64,000 bases of DNA, taken from assembly GCF_009914755.1 (NCBI RefSeq), contig NC_060944.1; one strand, written 5' to 3'. The DNA is from the human T2T-CHM13v2.0 reference genome, Homo sapiens. Under the pieces are notes generated by a model. That model made no database searches. It was not told the DNA's origin and saw nothing but the letters and a program-made list of their open reading frames with translations. This document shows positions 14,398-29,839 of this stretch, in pieces (within the stretch, counting starts at the first letter, position 1; the number at the start of each line of letters is the position of its first letter). The translations under genes were made by a program, and so were the position numbers.

Positions 14398-14769
14398 TGC
14401 GCCCAATTATTAACATGATCTTCTGTGCAAGGAAAAAAAAAAAAAAAGCCATCAAGTTTTTTTAACTCTTGAATATCAAACTTCTTCAAGTATCGTAATA
14501 AAAGTAAATAATAATAATAATTAAAAGAAAAACAATGAAAGAAAAAAGGGAAGGAAGAGAAAAGAACAGTGTGTCTGAGCATCACTGGAAGGAGATGCCG
14601 TGGATGCGGAATCCCTTCCAGGCCACGGAAAGCAGCAGGCTGAGCAGCTCAGGTCGGGGAGCGCATGCAAAGGCCCAGGGGTGGCAGAGAATGTGGTGTG
14701 TTTAAGGAACAGAGAGAAGCATGGCTCAGCCTGGTGGGTGGGGGAGAGTGGGACCAGACGGGCTTGGAA

Positions 14770-15100
14770 TGGGCTGGATCTGGGACCAGGCAGGAAGATG
14801 AGGCAGGCAAAGTAGAGAATGGCAGACCCAGAGCGCGTCTGCCTCCTGGAGGCTGGCGGCTGCTCCTCAGCATGAACCAGTGCAGCTACGGGGCGTGCGG
14901 GCTCCGCGTGGTCAGATTTTCTACTTCATGACTGGGGCGGGGTGGGTGGGGGGCGGTGGTGGTGGAATCCCAATTGCTGCATGAAGTCTCATGTCTTTTA
15001 GACGCTGGCTTCACATAGAAAGATGAAGATAGACTTTGCAGACTGAACGGGGACTGTGGGCTAGAATCAACTCAGGGGACATCAGTTGCAATGCTGAGAC
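14770..15100 (+). mobile_element. MER102-like DNA transposon relic
   Basis: gggaccaggcagg...gagcgcgtctgcc...ggctgctcctcagc...ggtcagattttct. Confidence 0.45.
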
Positions 15101-15709
15101 TTGCTCCAGGCCTCTGATCGAAGTGGACCACGGACTTGGTCATTATGGGATGGTTCTGGAGCTCACCAATGATCATCTTTCCGTCCATCCCCACCAGAGC
15201 TGGGCCAAGTCTTAGGAACAATCCTTTGCTTCTTGGTTTGTGAAGCTGGCCCAGGGACTTAATCCAAACAAGGGCGCAGCCAGAAGGAAAAGGGCGTGTC
15301 TTCCTGAAAAAGACTTGAATAAAGGGATCCTATTCAAGGCCGGAAAAGGCCAGTGTTGAAGCGCGTGGCAGCCTGTCCAGGCAGGTCTGAGTGCGCAGTG
15401 ACCTCTTACAGGAGGGGGCTGTGCTGCTTGAAAGTTCACCGCTCCTGCCCAGGAAGGAATCTCTTCAAGCAAAACCTGACACATTTGGTTGCAGTCTCTG
15501 CTTGGATGCTGCACAAATTGGTTACCCTTCCTTCGGGTATTATGAGAAGGGCCCTCCTGGGTACATCTGGTTCATCCCCTGCCTCCAGCATGGAGAGCTG
15601 AAACTCGGTCCAGAAGAAGAGGCTGCAACAGATGTATTGAAAAGCGTGCTCATTCATTTTCACTTAAGAAATGATTGATGTCTGACTGAGCTGCAGAAAG
15701 AATGGGAGG

Positions 15710-16160
15710 ATTAGGCAAGACTTTTTGTTGTAAGGCTCAGGAAGTACACTCAAACTGGGTTGAACAAACAAAATAAGAACGGATTGGCTCATGTCACTGG
15801 AAAGTCAGTCCATGGGTACTAAAGTCCCTTGACTCTGATTTTTATGAAGACAGCTTCCTTCCCAGTCACCCGCAACTCTACACTCAGTTTCTAGCCAAGT
15901 AAACTCAGCAGACAGAGTATCCAGCCAAAAATCCCAGGGCTGACTCTTAGTGGTCCAGCTTGGTCATGTGCCCATTGGTGAACCAATCACTGTGACTCTG
16001 ACTGTTTTGCCCTAATTCAAGATTCTGCCCCAAGCCAGGGGAGAGGGTCAAACCCTGTAGGACCACATGGACCAAAAGTAAGGGACGAATGGTTTCTCCA
16101 GAGCAAGTCAAACACCATTATTAGAAGCAGCAGGAATGGCTGTTGTCATGGCCACACAAC
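15710..16160 (-). mobile_element. Old MaLR LTR (MLT1K/L-like)
   Basis: ggattggctcatgtcactggaaagtc; tccagcttggtcatgtgcccattggtgaaccaatcactgtg. Confidence 0.6.
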
Positions 16161-16185
16161 TGGTAAAAAGCAGATTCCCTTGCTG

Positions 16186-16397
16186 TTGTTGTTTTTGAGG
16201 CAGGGTCTTGCTCTGTCTCCCAGGCTGGAGTGCAGTGGTGCAATCTCAGCTCACTGCAATCCACCTCACGGGTTCAAGTGATTCTTGTGCCTCAGCCTCC
16301 CAAGTAGCTGGGATTAGAGGCATGTGCCACCACGCCCGGCTAATTTTTTTTTTTTTTTTTTTGGTAGAGACAGAGTTTCACCATGTTGGCCAGGCTG
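16186..16397 (-). mobile_element. 5'-truncated Alu
   Basis: Right monomer plus part of the left monomer, ending ccatgttggccaggctg. Confidence 0.9.
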
Positions 16398-16459
16398 CGT
16401 ATCCTGGTTTTGAGCCTAGGTCTGAATGAGAATAGACTCATGTTTTTAATTTGGGAGTT

Positions 16460-16950
16460 CGAGAATGGGTGGATCTAGGGATTTAAACAACATCCACGTG
16501 ACCTGGCCTGCCTTTCTCTCTCTCTCTCCCCTGCCTCCCCATTACTCCTCTCTGCTTTCTACTGGTTGGTTACTTCCTCAGGCACTTTTTTTCCCCCTCT
16601 GTGGCAGCCACGAGCAGTTCAGGATTTATGACTACCAGTTTAGCAACCTCAGTGGAAAGAAATTTGTCGTTTCCAAAATAGCAAAAAAACAACAAAACAA
16701 AACAAAAAATAACCCAGGGCTGATTCTCATTGGGCTGACTTTGGCCACATGTCCATCCCTGAACCAATCACTGTGACCTGTGGTGGAATACACTGACTGG
16801 CTGTGCTTATGCCATGTGCCAGCCCTGGAGCAGGGACTTAATTCCTACCCGAATAGATGCACGGGAGGATGAGGATGGAGTGGCTTCCCTAAGGCAGATT
16901 GAGATGCTGTTCCGAGAGGAGGGAGATGCAGACCATCTGAAATTACAGAC
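16460..16950 (-). mobile_element. Old MaLR LTR (MLT1K/L-like)
   Basis: ttggccacatgtccatccctgaaccaatcactgtgacc. Confidence 0.6.
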
Positions 16951-17297
16951 ATCCTCTTTGGAGAGGGGTGAGCACGCACTGGTGGGGCCCCAGCCCTTCA
17001 GAGCACTGGAACGCCATGCTTGGCAGCCGGGCTTGGTTGGCAGAGCTGCAGCTCGGGAGTCAGGACCTTAGACTGTCAACCACAGAGATTTATCCAGTGC
17101 CTGTTACGGGCCTTATGCAGGAAATTCCGTAACCCCAAAGTCTTCTGGATGTTTAATTTGGCAGAACTGGAGTTTCCAGGAGCAAGTGTGTTTGACAGAG
17201 AATGGGGACCATCCCTCAGGAGACACTGGTACCCGGCATGGCAGGAAAAGAGTTTTACAGCTCTGCTGTGTTTCATAAGGTTTAAGAAGAGTAACGC

Positions 17298-17478
17298 ATT
17301 AGCCGGGTGTGGTGGAGTACGCCTGTAGTCCCAGCTACTCGGGAGGCAGAAGAATTGCTTGAACCCAGGAGGCGGAGGTGTAGTGAGCTGAGATTGTGCC
17401 ACTGCATTCCAGTCTGGGTGACAGAGCGAGACTCCGTCTCAAAAACAAACAAAAAACAACAACAACAACAACAACAAA
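17298..17478 (+). mobile_element. Alu right monomer (5'-truncated) with (CAA)n tail
   Basis: Begins attagccgggtgtggtgg; no left arm. Confidence 0.9.
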
Positions 17479-17489
17479 GAGTATTTCTT

Positions 17490-17806
<317 letters not shown>

Positions 17807-18244
17807 CTATTTGCACATCACTTGGTGTTTTTAAAAGCTGTTGAAATTTGGGAACTCAGAGGAGCCTCATAACAGTCTGTGGGTACCAGAGCCTGGAAGA
17901 TCAGCCCCATTTACAGAGGGGGACACTGAGAGGGTATGTGATGAGGTGCAGGTTATTGGGAGACCTAGGCTGGGAACCTGCTCACCTGCCCCTTAGCGGC
18001 ACCCACTTTTCCTGTCTAACCTCAGCATGAGCCCTGGACGCAGAGAGCCTGAGTGAACTGCCAGTGCAAGCTCCTCCTTAGCTGTGTGATATTGGGCTCT
18101 CTGCCTTGGTTGCCTATTCTGTGAAATGAGTCAACGGGGGCACCTACATAGTGGGATTGTGGTAGAGGTTAAATGAGTTATTATGTGGAAAACCTTAGTT
18201 TCATGCTTGGAATATGGCAAATACCATTAATCTTAATAATGCAT

Positions 18245-18680
18245 CAGGTAGAAATTAGAGTCAATTACTTCTAGGGTTTATTTTCTCAGACGATGCCAGA
18301 GATGGGCAGTCAGTGGCACTCAGAGGCTCAGTGGTGCCAGCGCTGACGTGGCTATGTTTCCTTTGGCCTTTTTCTTCAGTCCCAAGATGGCTGCTCCTGC
18401 TCCAGCCATCATATTTGTATTCCAGCCAAAAAGAATGAGGAGTGGGGAGTCACAAAAGGGCCCACCTCCCATCTGAGTCAGCCCCTTAAAGAACTCTCAT
18501 GGGCGCCCCACCCACTGCCTTCTGCTTATGCATGGATGGCCATGCACATTGTAAAGGAAGTGCAGAAATGTAGTCCTTTGGCCAAACTCATCTCAGGATT
18601 CAAAAACTTAGGATTTCTGTTAGAGAAGAGGAAGGAGAATAAATAGTGTGAAGGCATCCAGCAATCTCTGCTACAGAGTT
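18245..18680 (-). mobile_element. MLT1J-type MaLR LTR
   Basis: caagatggctgctcctgctccagccatcatatttgtattccagcc. Confidence 0.65.
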
Positions 18681-18749
18681 TTTTGTTTTTCATTTTCTGA
18701 AGACCCTTTTATGACCTGTTAGACATCACTATGTGTAATGGTTTAGAGC

Positions 18750-19385
18750 AGGAGTTACAAAGTAACATACCTACAGGCGGATGTCCTCACATGCATGAGG
18801 GAGGCTTCAGAGGCAGAGAGGTAATAGGGAGTGGTGGGGACTGGAGCAAAGTGGAGAGCTCATGCCTCATCTGTAGGTGGCTGCCAATGAGAACCAGCTA
18901 GTTTTGCATAAAAAAGAGAAGCCCAGTGTTATGAGAGCTTTTTATTTTTAATGAAAAGTGGATATACCTTAATTTTAGATGAGATCAGCTAGGTGCAGTG
19001 GCTCATGCCTGTAATCCCAGCACTTTGGGAGGCCGAGGCGAGTGGATCACCTGAGGTCAGGAGTTCGAGACCAGCCTTACCAACATGGTGAAACTCCGTC
19101 TCTACTAAAAATACAAAATTAGCCGGGCATGGTAGTGGGCACCTGTAATCCCAGCTACTCAGGAGGCTGAGGCAGGAGAATCATTTGAACCCAGGAGGCG
19201 GAGGTTGCAGTGAGCCGGGATTGCACCATTGCACTTCAGCCTGGGCGACAGAGCAAGACTCAAAAAAAAAAAAAAATTTAGATGAGATCTGATTTTTAGG
19301 TAATGATAATGATTTCAAATTTACTGAAAAAAATTATATGAACTAAATAACACAAAATTGTGGGCATGAACTTACTTGGGGCTGA
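18750..19385 (+). mobile_element. MER102 DNA transposon, split by an Alu
   Basis: aatagggagtggtggggactggagcaaagtggagagctcatgcc. Confidence 0.7.
18987..19276 (+). mobile_element. AluS element
   Basis: Full dimer; TSD tttagatgagatc. Confidence 0.95.
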
Positions 19386-19390
19386 TTCTT

Positions 19391-19733
<343 letters not shown>

Positions 19734-20493
19734 TAAGTTATACACAACAAAATTAACCCTTTTTAGTTGTACAGTTCTATGAATTTTGCAACACATGCCG
19801 TTGTGTGACCATGGTCACAATCAAGCTATAGAACATTTCCACCCCCCTCTAAAATTCCCTTGTGTTGCTTTTTAGTCAGTCACCACCCCTAGCCTCAGCC
19901 CATGGCAACTAGTGATCTTTTATCTGTCCCTACAGTTTTGCCTTCTCCAGCAGGTCATATAAGTGCGATCAGTCAGGAGGCAGCCTTTTGAGTCTGGCCC
20001 CTTTTGCTCAGTACAATGGACTGGAAATTCTTCCATGCTGCGGTGTGCTGGTTTTGTATTGTTGAATAGCTTTCCACTGTGTAGGTATACCACAGTTCAA
20101 CCATTCATCTGTTGATGGACATTTGGTTTGTTTCCAGTTTTTGGCAATTATGAATTAAGCTACTCTAAACATTCACGGACAGGTTTTTGTATGAACATCT
20201 GTTTCTGTTTATCTTGGATAAATATCTAAGGTATATCTAGGATGTTTTCCAAGGTGCCGGGGCAATTCTGCACCCCACATGCGGTCTTCAGGGGTTCCAG
20301 TTTTTCATATCTGCACCAGCACTTGGGATTGCCAAGTGTCTTTTTTCAGAGGGGCATGTTTTGTTGGTTTAGGCATATTCTAGTATGTAGTGGTATCTTT
20401 CTGTGGTTTCAACTTGCAGTTTTCTAATGACTAATAATGTTGAGCATCTTTTCATTAGTCTATTGGCCATCCATATATATTCTTTAGTAAGGC

Positions 20494-20935
20494 TGTTAAA
20501 AGAAAAACTTCAGCTGAATTAAATTTAAAGGAGTTTGAGCAATGAACGATTTGCGAATTGGGCAGCCCCCAGAATCACAGCAGACTCAGACAGACTCCAG
20601 GGTGCCTCGTGGTCAGACCCAATTTATAGCCAAAAAAAAAAAAAAAGAAAGAAAGAAAAAGAAATGGCGTATGGAAATCAGAAGTGAGGTACAGAAACAG
20701 CTGGATTGGTTACAGCTCGTCCACCTTATTTGAACACAGTTTGAACGCTCGGCAGCGTAAAGGTGGCTGAAGCATGTCTGCTGGCATTGCCAAGACTCAG
20801 CAATTGTTACAGGTGCCTCCTCCTAAGTTAGGTTTTCAATCTCATCTACCCATTAAATTAGGTTATGGTTCATCCGTAAGGGCTCAAATATAGAAGTATG
20901 GAGTCCTTCTCGGCTGTATTTCGTTCCCTTTAACA
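20494..20935 (-). mobile_element. MER57-family ERV1 solo LTR
   Basis: TGTTAAA...TTTAACA termini; near-TSD aggc/aggt; internal gggcagcccccagaatcacagcag. Confidence 0.8.
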
Positions 20936-21244
20936 AGGTATTGGTTCAAATATTTTGCCAATTTTTAATTGAGTTATTTGTTTTCTTATTACTGTCTTGT
21001 GAGGGTTATTTATATATTCTCCATTCCAGTCCTCTATCAGATATGCGTTTTGCAAATATATTTTCACAGTCTGTGGCTTGTCTTTTCATTTTTGTAACAG
21101 TGTCTCTCGAAGATAGAAGTTTTTCGTTTTAAGTCCAATTTATCAATTTGTTCTTTACAATTTATGCTTTTTGTGTTCTATCTTAAAAAAACCTGTGCCT
21201 AATCCAAAGTTATGAAGATTTTCTCCTATGTTTTCTTCTAGAAG

Positions 21245-21699
<455 letters not shown>

Positions 21700-21874
21700 T
21701 GACACTATTATTGAAAATCACCTGGCATTAAATGTATGGGTCTCTTTCTGAACTCTCTGTTCTGTTCCACTGATCCATGTGTCCTTGCTTTTGTCAATAC
21801 CACACTAGTGCCTGCACCTGGTAAGTACCGTATCAATGTTAGTTAGCGCTTGCCATATTTTATCATTTAAAAAA

Positions 21875-22170
21875 AATAAACTTTTAATTTTGGAATTTCT
21901 TTACTTGGAAAATTTATTTTTGAATAATAATATGATGGAAAAGTTTGCAAATCTAGAACAGAGATTTATATCCTCATATCCTTCTTCTCACAGCTAGCTT
22001 CTCCTAGCATTAACGTTTTACATATCCATGGTATTTTTTATCAAAGCGGACACATTCACATTGGCACAGTACTATTAGCTAAGCTGTTTATTTGAGTGTC
22101 ACCAATTTTCCCATTAGTGGCTGTTTTTCCTGTTCCAGGGTCCATTTCAGAATACCACATTGCATCGAAC
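21875..22170 (-). mobile_element. Old L1M (L1MC-like) 3' fragment
   Basis: cacattggcacagtactatt...cctgttccagggtccatttcagaataccacattgcat. Confidence 0.55.
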
Positions 22171-23393
22171 CGTGGGTTTTTAAGATGCGTCTTTCAACAG
22201 CTCTGTAATCAGGGTGCATCTTACAGTCCATGGTGTTTTACACATTGATAGCTAGGTTTTTCTTTTTCATAGTGGCATATTAAATTAGAGTATGCCTTAG
22301 ATTTAATGAAATAGGGTATTATTATTACTTGATCTCCTTAAACCTCAACTTCTTCATCTGTAAAATGAAAATAATGCTAGGACTCACCTCATAGAGATGT
22401 GGAAAGATAAAATGAGAGCCACCAAAGGAAGTGCCTCGATAGAGGTTGGCACATGAGCCCTTGTTAATTAATGGTGGCATTAAACCCAAGCGTAAGCTCT
22501 ATCCAAAGTGTGCTCCTGGGGGTCAGTGAGCGCGCCTCTCCTTGCCTTTCCCTACATCGAAGAAATGCCTGGAGCTGGATTTCTTAGCAGCTGTCCTTCA
22601 AACAAGAGCCCACAGGAATAGCTACCAATTAAAATAACAAAGTTTCAGGTGACAACATTTGCAGAAGAAGCTGCACATGTTTAATAAAAGCCCAGTTGCT
22701 GGGAGGCTCAGACGGCTACCTCTTCCGGGAGATCCGAAGCCGCATTTCAAGTCTGCCAGCAAATTTGCTTTCATTAGAACAAGACCCTGGCCCTTTCTCC
22801 TCGGAATGTCTGGGCCCAGGCCTCTTGTCCTGGGTCCCTTCTCTCTTTTTTTGCTTTCACTTTCTGAAATACATTCGCTTGTTTTCTTGGCTTGAGCTTT
22901 TAAAAAATTATACAAGCAACACATCTGTTACGGATATGGTAGAAAATTGAGATGAAAGGAAAAATGTAAAAGAGGCCTGTAATTTCATCACTCAGAGATC
23001 GTCACTGGATACAAAGCATTTTTCTTTCTTTTCCTGATTGTTAAAATATGCACTAACTGTAAAATAAGTTAGAAATTATAGAAAAAGCATAAAAGCAAAA
23101 CATTCTCTTCTCATCTCACCATCCAGGTTACCAATGTGTAACATGCACCCTTTCCAAAATGTTCATGTCTATGCTTTCATATGTACTTAAAAATATTGCA
23201 AGTTGCAGTACCTGGGGCAGGCTTTGGGGGTAGGCCATTTGGATTCAAATTTTGTCTCTGTCGCCAACTAGCCGTGAGCAGCCTATGTGACTTCTCTGGG
23301 TCTCGGTTTCCCTATCTGTGAAATAGGAATATCATTAGAACCTACTTCAGTTATTGAGAACATGACCTGAGATACAGTACATAAAAGTCCTTA

Positions 23394-24705
<1,312 letters not shown>

Positions 24706-24841
24706 ACTAGTACTCATAGGGCCTTCCCGTCACCTTGTGTTTTAGTTTGGGGGCAAACTAAAGGGACTTAATCTGTTTCCAGGGATTTCGTACTTGGTAA
24801 AGACCATCCCCTCTATCTGACCAAGCACTGGAATTGAATGT

Positions 24842-25285
24842 TGTTATGGTTTGGATCTGTGGCTGGGGAGGCCTTAGGAAACTTTCAATCATGGTAGAAG
24901 GTGAAGGGAAAGTGGGCATGCCTTACTTACATGGCCAGAGCATGAGGGTTATTTGTAATTCCCAGTGTTGTAGGCGGGACCTGGTGGAAGGTGATCGGAT
25001 CATGGGGGCAGAGTTCCCCTTTGGTGCTGTTCTCGCGATAGTGAGCTATGGTGAGATCTGGTTGTTTAAAAGTGTGTCGCCCCTCCCCCTTCTCTTTCTC
25101 CTGCTCCAGCCATGTAAGGTGCCTGCTTCTCCTTCACCTTCTGCCCTGATTGTAAGTTTCCTGAGGCCTCCCCAGCCATGCTACCTGCACAGCCTGTGGA
25201 ACTGTGAGCCAATTAAACCTCTTTTCTTCATAAATTACCTAGTTTCATGTATTTCTTTATAGCAGTGTGAGAACAGACGAATACA
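24842..25285 (+). mobile_element. MSTA-type MaLR LTR with an internal inverted segment
   Basis: tgttatggtttggatctgtg...aattaaacctcttttc...ctttatagcagtgtgagaacagacgaataca; TSD aatgt/aacat. Confidence 0.85.
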
Positions 25286-26169
25286 AACATGCTGTTGAAT
25301 GCATGAACAAGTAGCTGAATTCTAAAAACACTGATGAGTAACTAGTTCATTCATTCATCCCACAAGTAATGACTGCACCCCTGGGACCCCTGTGCTTAGT
25401 GCTGAAACATATAAACTCACGTGCGTACTAAAGACGGTGGGATCTCTTAGGAGCACTTACTCCACCCAAGTGCTGCTGTTGGGGTGTTCCTTGAATTAGC
25501 TCATGTATGCTCACGACAACCCCCTAGTATGATCCCCATTTTGCAGAGAAATTGATGTGAAGAGAGATCGTTTAACCTGGCCAAGACTGTACAGCTAAAA
25601 AGCAGCAAGGCTGAGATAGGATCCAGACATTTTAGCTCCAGAGCCCACGCACATCACCACCCTCTACCTTGTGAGCCGCACTCTCTCGCAGGCATGGTCT
25701 CTTGGCTTGGAGGTGAACAAGCTCCTTTCCTCTGCTATGACTGCCTGTCTCTGGACTCTCTCTGGACTGATGGGAGGGAGAGGTGGGAGGGTAGACCTGC
25801 TGGCAAGCAAAGGCCACAGAGAAAGTGGCCTCGGGTCCCCTGGGCCGAGGGGGCAGACCTGAGCCATGGACAGGGAGATTTCAGGGATCCCAGTGACCAC
25901 GTCCTCTGCCCCTGGCAGGAGACCCTCTGAAGGAAAGGATCAAAGGGAAAGGGTTGGAACTTCTCCCCCCAGGGTGACACAGGGCAGCCACGTCCCTGTT
26001 TATCCACTCAGCAGATCTGGCCAGTTCTAAGTGTTTTCTGTCCATCAAAAATACACCCTACTTGTGGAAAGTGGGGCTAATGTCAGTCTTTGCCTTCCAG
26101 GGTTGCAGGTGGGACCACATGAGATCATGCACATGAAGTGCTTAACACCTTATCTCAAAGATGGTAAGC

Positions 26170-26292
26170 CTGGGTACAATTTACACTACTCAGGTGACAA
26201 TGATACTTCACCACTGCACACTATGTTATCCGCATAACACAAATGCACTTGTACTCATTAAATCTATAACAATAAAAAAAATCTTTAAAAAG
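26170..26292 (+). mobile_element. Very short L1 (L1MA/L1PB-like) 3' end inserted in a MIR
   Basis: gggtacaatttacactactcaggtga...tgcacttgtactcattaaatctata plus A tail; 12-bp TSD aagatggtaagc at 26158-26169 and 26293-26304. Confidence 0.75.
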
Positions 26293-26974
26293 AAGATGGT
26301 AAGCTCTCGGAAATTGTGAGTTACAATTCGTGAGCAACATGGCTTTCCTCTTCCTACAAAGACAATGGCCCTGGCAGAGGCTGTTCGGCCCCTCTCCCGC
26401 TCAGGCCCCACCCTCCTCCAGCGCCACTGCTCCCTGCAAACATGCAGGTGTCCTTCAAACCCTCGGGGTTCCCTAGGTCCCTGTGCCTGGAACCACACAT
26501 CCCTCCTGGGCCTCAGGCCCGCCTCCTAGTCACAGTGGTTGGCAATGTGGTGGGCACTGGATGTGGCTGAGCCAATCAAAGCCCTTCCCTTTCAAACGGG
26601 CCTGGGAAGGAGAAAACTCACTTGGAGGCTCACAGTGCCCCTGCCCTCTGTGAACCGCACAAGCCTGGAATAACTTCTTCCTGGTCATCTGGCCTGGGCG
26701 AGGCTGGGAGCTGCTCAAGGGCAGGAAGACCAAGGTCCTGTCTGCTCCCATAAGCCTAGCACTCAAGGCTTGTGCTGACCAATGGCAGGTGGTTAATCAG
26801 AATTTGATGAAGAAATGAATGAATGAGGAGTTCTGCTCTCTCCTCTTTTTCCATCAGTAGTCAATAATTGTCTTCTCAGAAGATTGCATTTTTTCTTTTA
26901 TTCTTTTTTTCTTTCTTGCTCATTTATTTTATTTTTAATTTTTTTTTTGAGACAGTCTCGCTCTGTTGCCCAGA

Positions 26975-27330
26975 ATGTAATTTTTTTCATTAATGGGATA
27001 TTTCAATTTGAGTATAGTCAAAGAACCCCCCAAATACCAACTCAGGCTTCAGCAACGATCATTCCGATGTTATTTTTTCATATTTCCTTCTCTCCTCTAT
27101 GAGGAGGGTAGAGGGGCTAGAATATTTTAAAGTAAACCCCAGGCACTGAATCATTTTTCCCCCAAATACTTCAGTGTGTATGCTGAACATATAAATATTT
27201 TTTTCGGATAACCATAATCGCACTCTCACACTTAACAAAGACAATTATAATTTCTTAATATCACAAAATACCCAGACCACGTTCAAATTTCCTCCATTGT
27301 CTCAAAAACTGTCTACAGTAGGTGTGCTTA
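26975..27330 (-). mobile_element. Old L1M (L1MC5/ME-like) 3' fragment preceded by a short Alu 3' fragment (about 26930-26974)
   Basis: tattttaaagtaaaccccaggcac...aaatacttcagtgtgtat...ttcaaatttcctccattgtctcaaaaa. Confidence 0.6.
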
Positions 27331-27577
27331 AATCTCATTGAATTATAATCACACTGAGGTGTCAGCAGGAATTTCTTTGGTCGCAAGTGACCAAATGTCT
27401 GCAACTGGGATGTTTCTAGCTGTTCCCTGGAAGTAGGTTTCTGTGGTCAGGAGGCCTGGGAAATACCGAGTTGCAGAAAGTTAGGCTATCCCATTCCTCT
27501 CCCATCTTTAGAAGGCTAAAGTGTGTGGTGAATCTGAGTGTAAAAGAGATTTTTGCAAACTTGGTTGACCTTGGAAA

Positions 27578-27986
<409 letters not shown>

Positions 27987-28042
27987 TGAAGGCGATATCT
28001 CCCCCAAAGGGGCAAAAATTGGTTCTTTAGTGGCAAAAAACC

Positions 28043-28181
28043 TTTTTTTTTTTTTTTTTTTTGGTAGAGATGGGGTTTCACCATGTTGCCCAGGCTGGTC
28101 TCAAACTCCTAGGCTCAAGCCATCTGCCTGCCTTGGCTCCCAAAATGCTGGGATTACAGGCGTGAGCCACCATGCATGGCC
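28043..28181 (-). mobile_element. Alu left monomer / FLAM inside a Charlie-like DNA element
   Basis: Single monomer with poly-T; flanks resemble hAT-Charlie sequence. Confidence 0.85.
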
Positions 28182-29839
28182 TAAAAATCCTACTTTATAT
28201 GTATAAAGCCCATGTGTACATTCACTACATAAATAGATATACTGTAGATCTGTGGCATTAAAATTGCATGTGGAGGGAGTGGCAAATAGAGAAAATGTTC
28301 CAGAAAAGCTCCTTAGAGGGGGAAATGAAAAAAATAAATGAAGAAACATTATTTTATTTTCCATCTGCACCTTAGTTCCCACATCTGTAAAATCGGGATA
28401 ATAATCGTGCCTAATTCAGAGTTGTGGCAAGATTTAAAAGCATTTACAGAGTGCCTGGCTCACTGGAAGTGCTATATATGCATTAGTTATTATCCTGGTT
28501 GTTGTTCTTGACATTTTTGGAGCATTTTGTAGGTGTTGGTAAATTAAAGAGCCCAGCTCTGGGGTCAGATGAACTGGGTTTGGAGACTTTCCTTTAATTT
28601 GTGAATATTCCATTTTCTCATCTGCAAATGAAATAAAACTGCCTTGCGAAGCTGCTGTCCACGTTAAAGGGAGTAACATAAGCAAAGTCCCTGGTGTATT
28701 AACCAACTGTTATTTTTATCCCCTTCTGCAGATGGGCAAACTGAGACCCCAAGCCCTGGAGAGATGTGTTCAGACAGATGTGCAAGTCCCCCCTGCTCCA
28801 GCCCACTGTGGCTCCGGGCTTCAGTCTTCAGTTGGCCTTTGTTCTGCCACTTTCTCCTGGAAGTCACGCCTCTCTCTCTTCCTGCCTCCCACATCACAGG
28901 AGTCTGCACGCACCCAACCAGCTCAAAAGGCTCTGACAGATGTGAGTTTGTTGTTTTTGTTGCCTTTTTTTAAAACAGACTGCCACTTTGCCTTTGTCTA
29001 AACAGAGCAGCAGTGAAGGCAGAGAATCTGTAAGTCTTCCTTGTCCCTCTGCCAAGTGCTGCCTCTGGTCAACCAGAGCCGCCAACTCTGTTATCTTTTC
29101 TGCTGGAGGCGGTAAGGGCAGGCCCGGCGCTGGGGCTCACCAAGGCCTCTTACTGGTTTTCTCGGCTCTGATTCTGGGTCTGGAGCCCCTGGTGTAAACC
29201 CCGCAAGGTGACCCCAGCAAATTTGCCCTTTTGAACAGGGAGTCCAAGGACCCTGGGCACTCTCAAGCCCAACTGCAGTGACAAAAGTTCTTTCTTTTTG
29301 TCTCCACCCCATCAGCTTTTGAGGGTATGGCTCTGGTAGCCCCCATAGTATAACCTCTGTCTGGTGGCCGGCTCAGGTTTTGGGGGATGTGGAGGGAGGG
29401 TCAGGGATGCCAGCCTGGGCCATCACCCGCTTGCATAGGTCTGGAAATCAATAGCTGTGTCTGCCTTGGAGGAGGGCAGAGAACTTTCCAGTGGCTTCTG
29501 TTGTGCAGTTTTTTATTTTTAACCATAGAGTCCAGCACGGGAGTCAGACTGCCTGCATTCAAGTCTTATTTTCTTCCATCCTCTATAGGTGACCCCTTGA
29601 GTGACTGTGGCCAAGAAACAAGTTAATTAAAATCTCTCCAGGCCTCAGTTTCCTCATCTGCAAAGTGGGGAGAATGATAGTGCCTTTTTCACAGGATTCA
29701 GCGGGGATAAAGTGAAGGGATGCATTTAAACCTGGCACACACAATAAATGTCAGCTGTGGCTAGTAGGGCCCTGCTGAGCCGGCCCCGTACACCTCTCAC
29801 ACTTCATTTCCCACCATTCCCCTCCCCGCATACTCTGCT

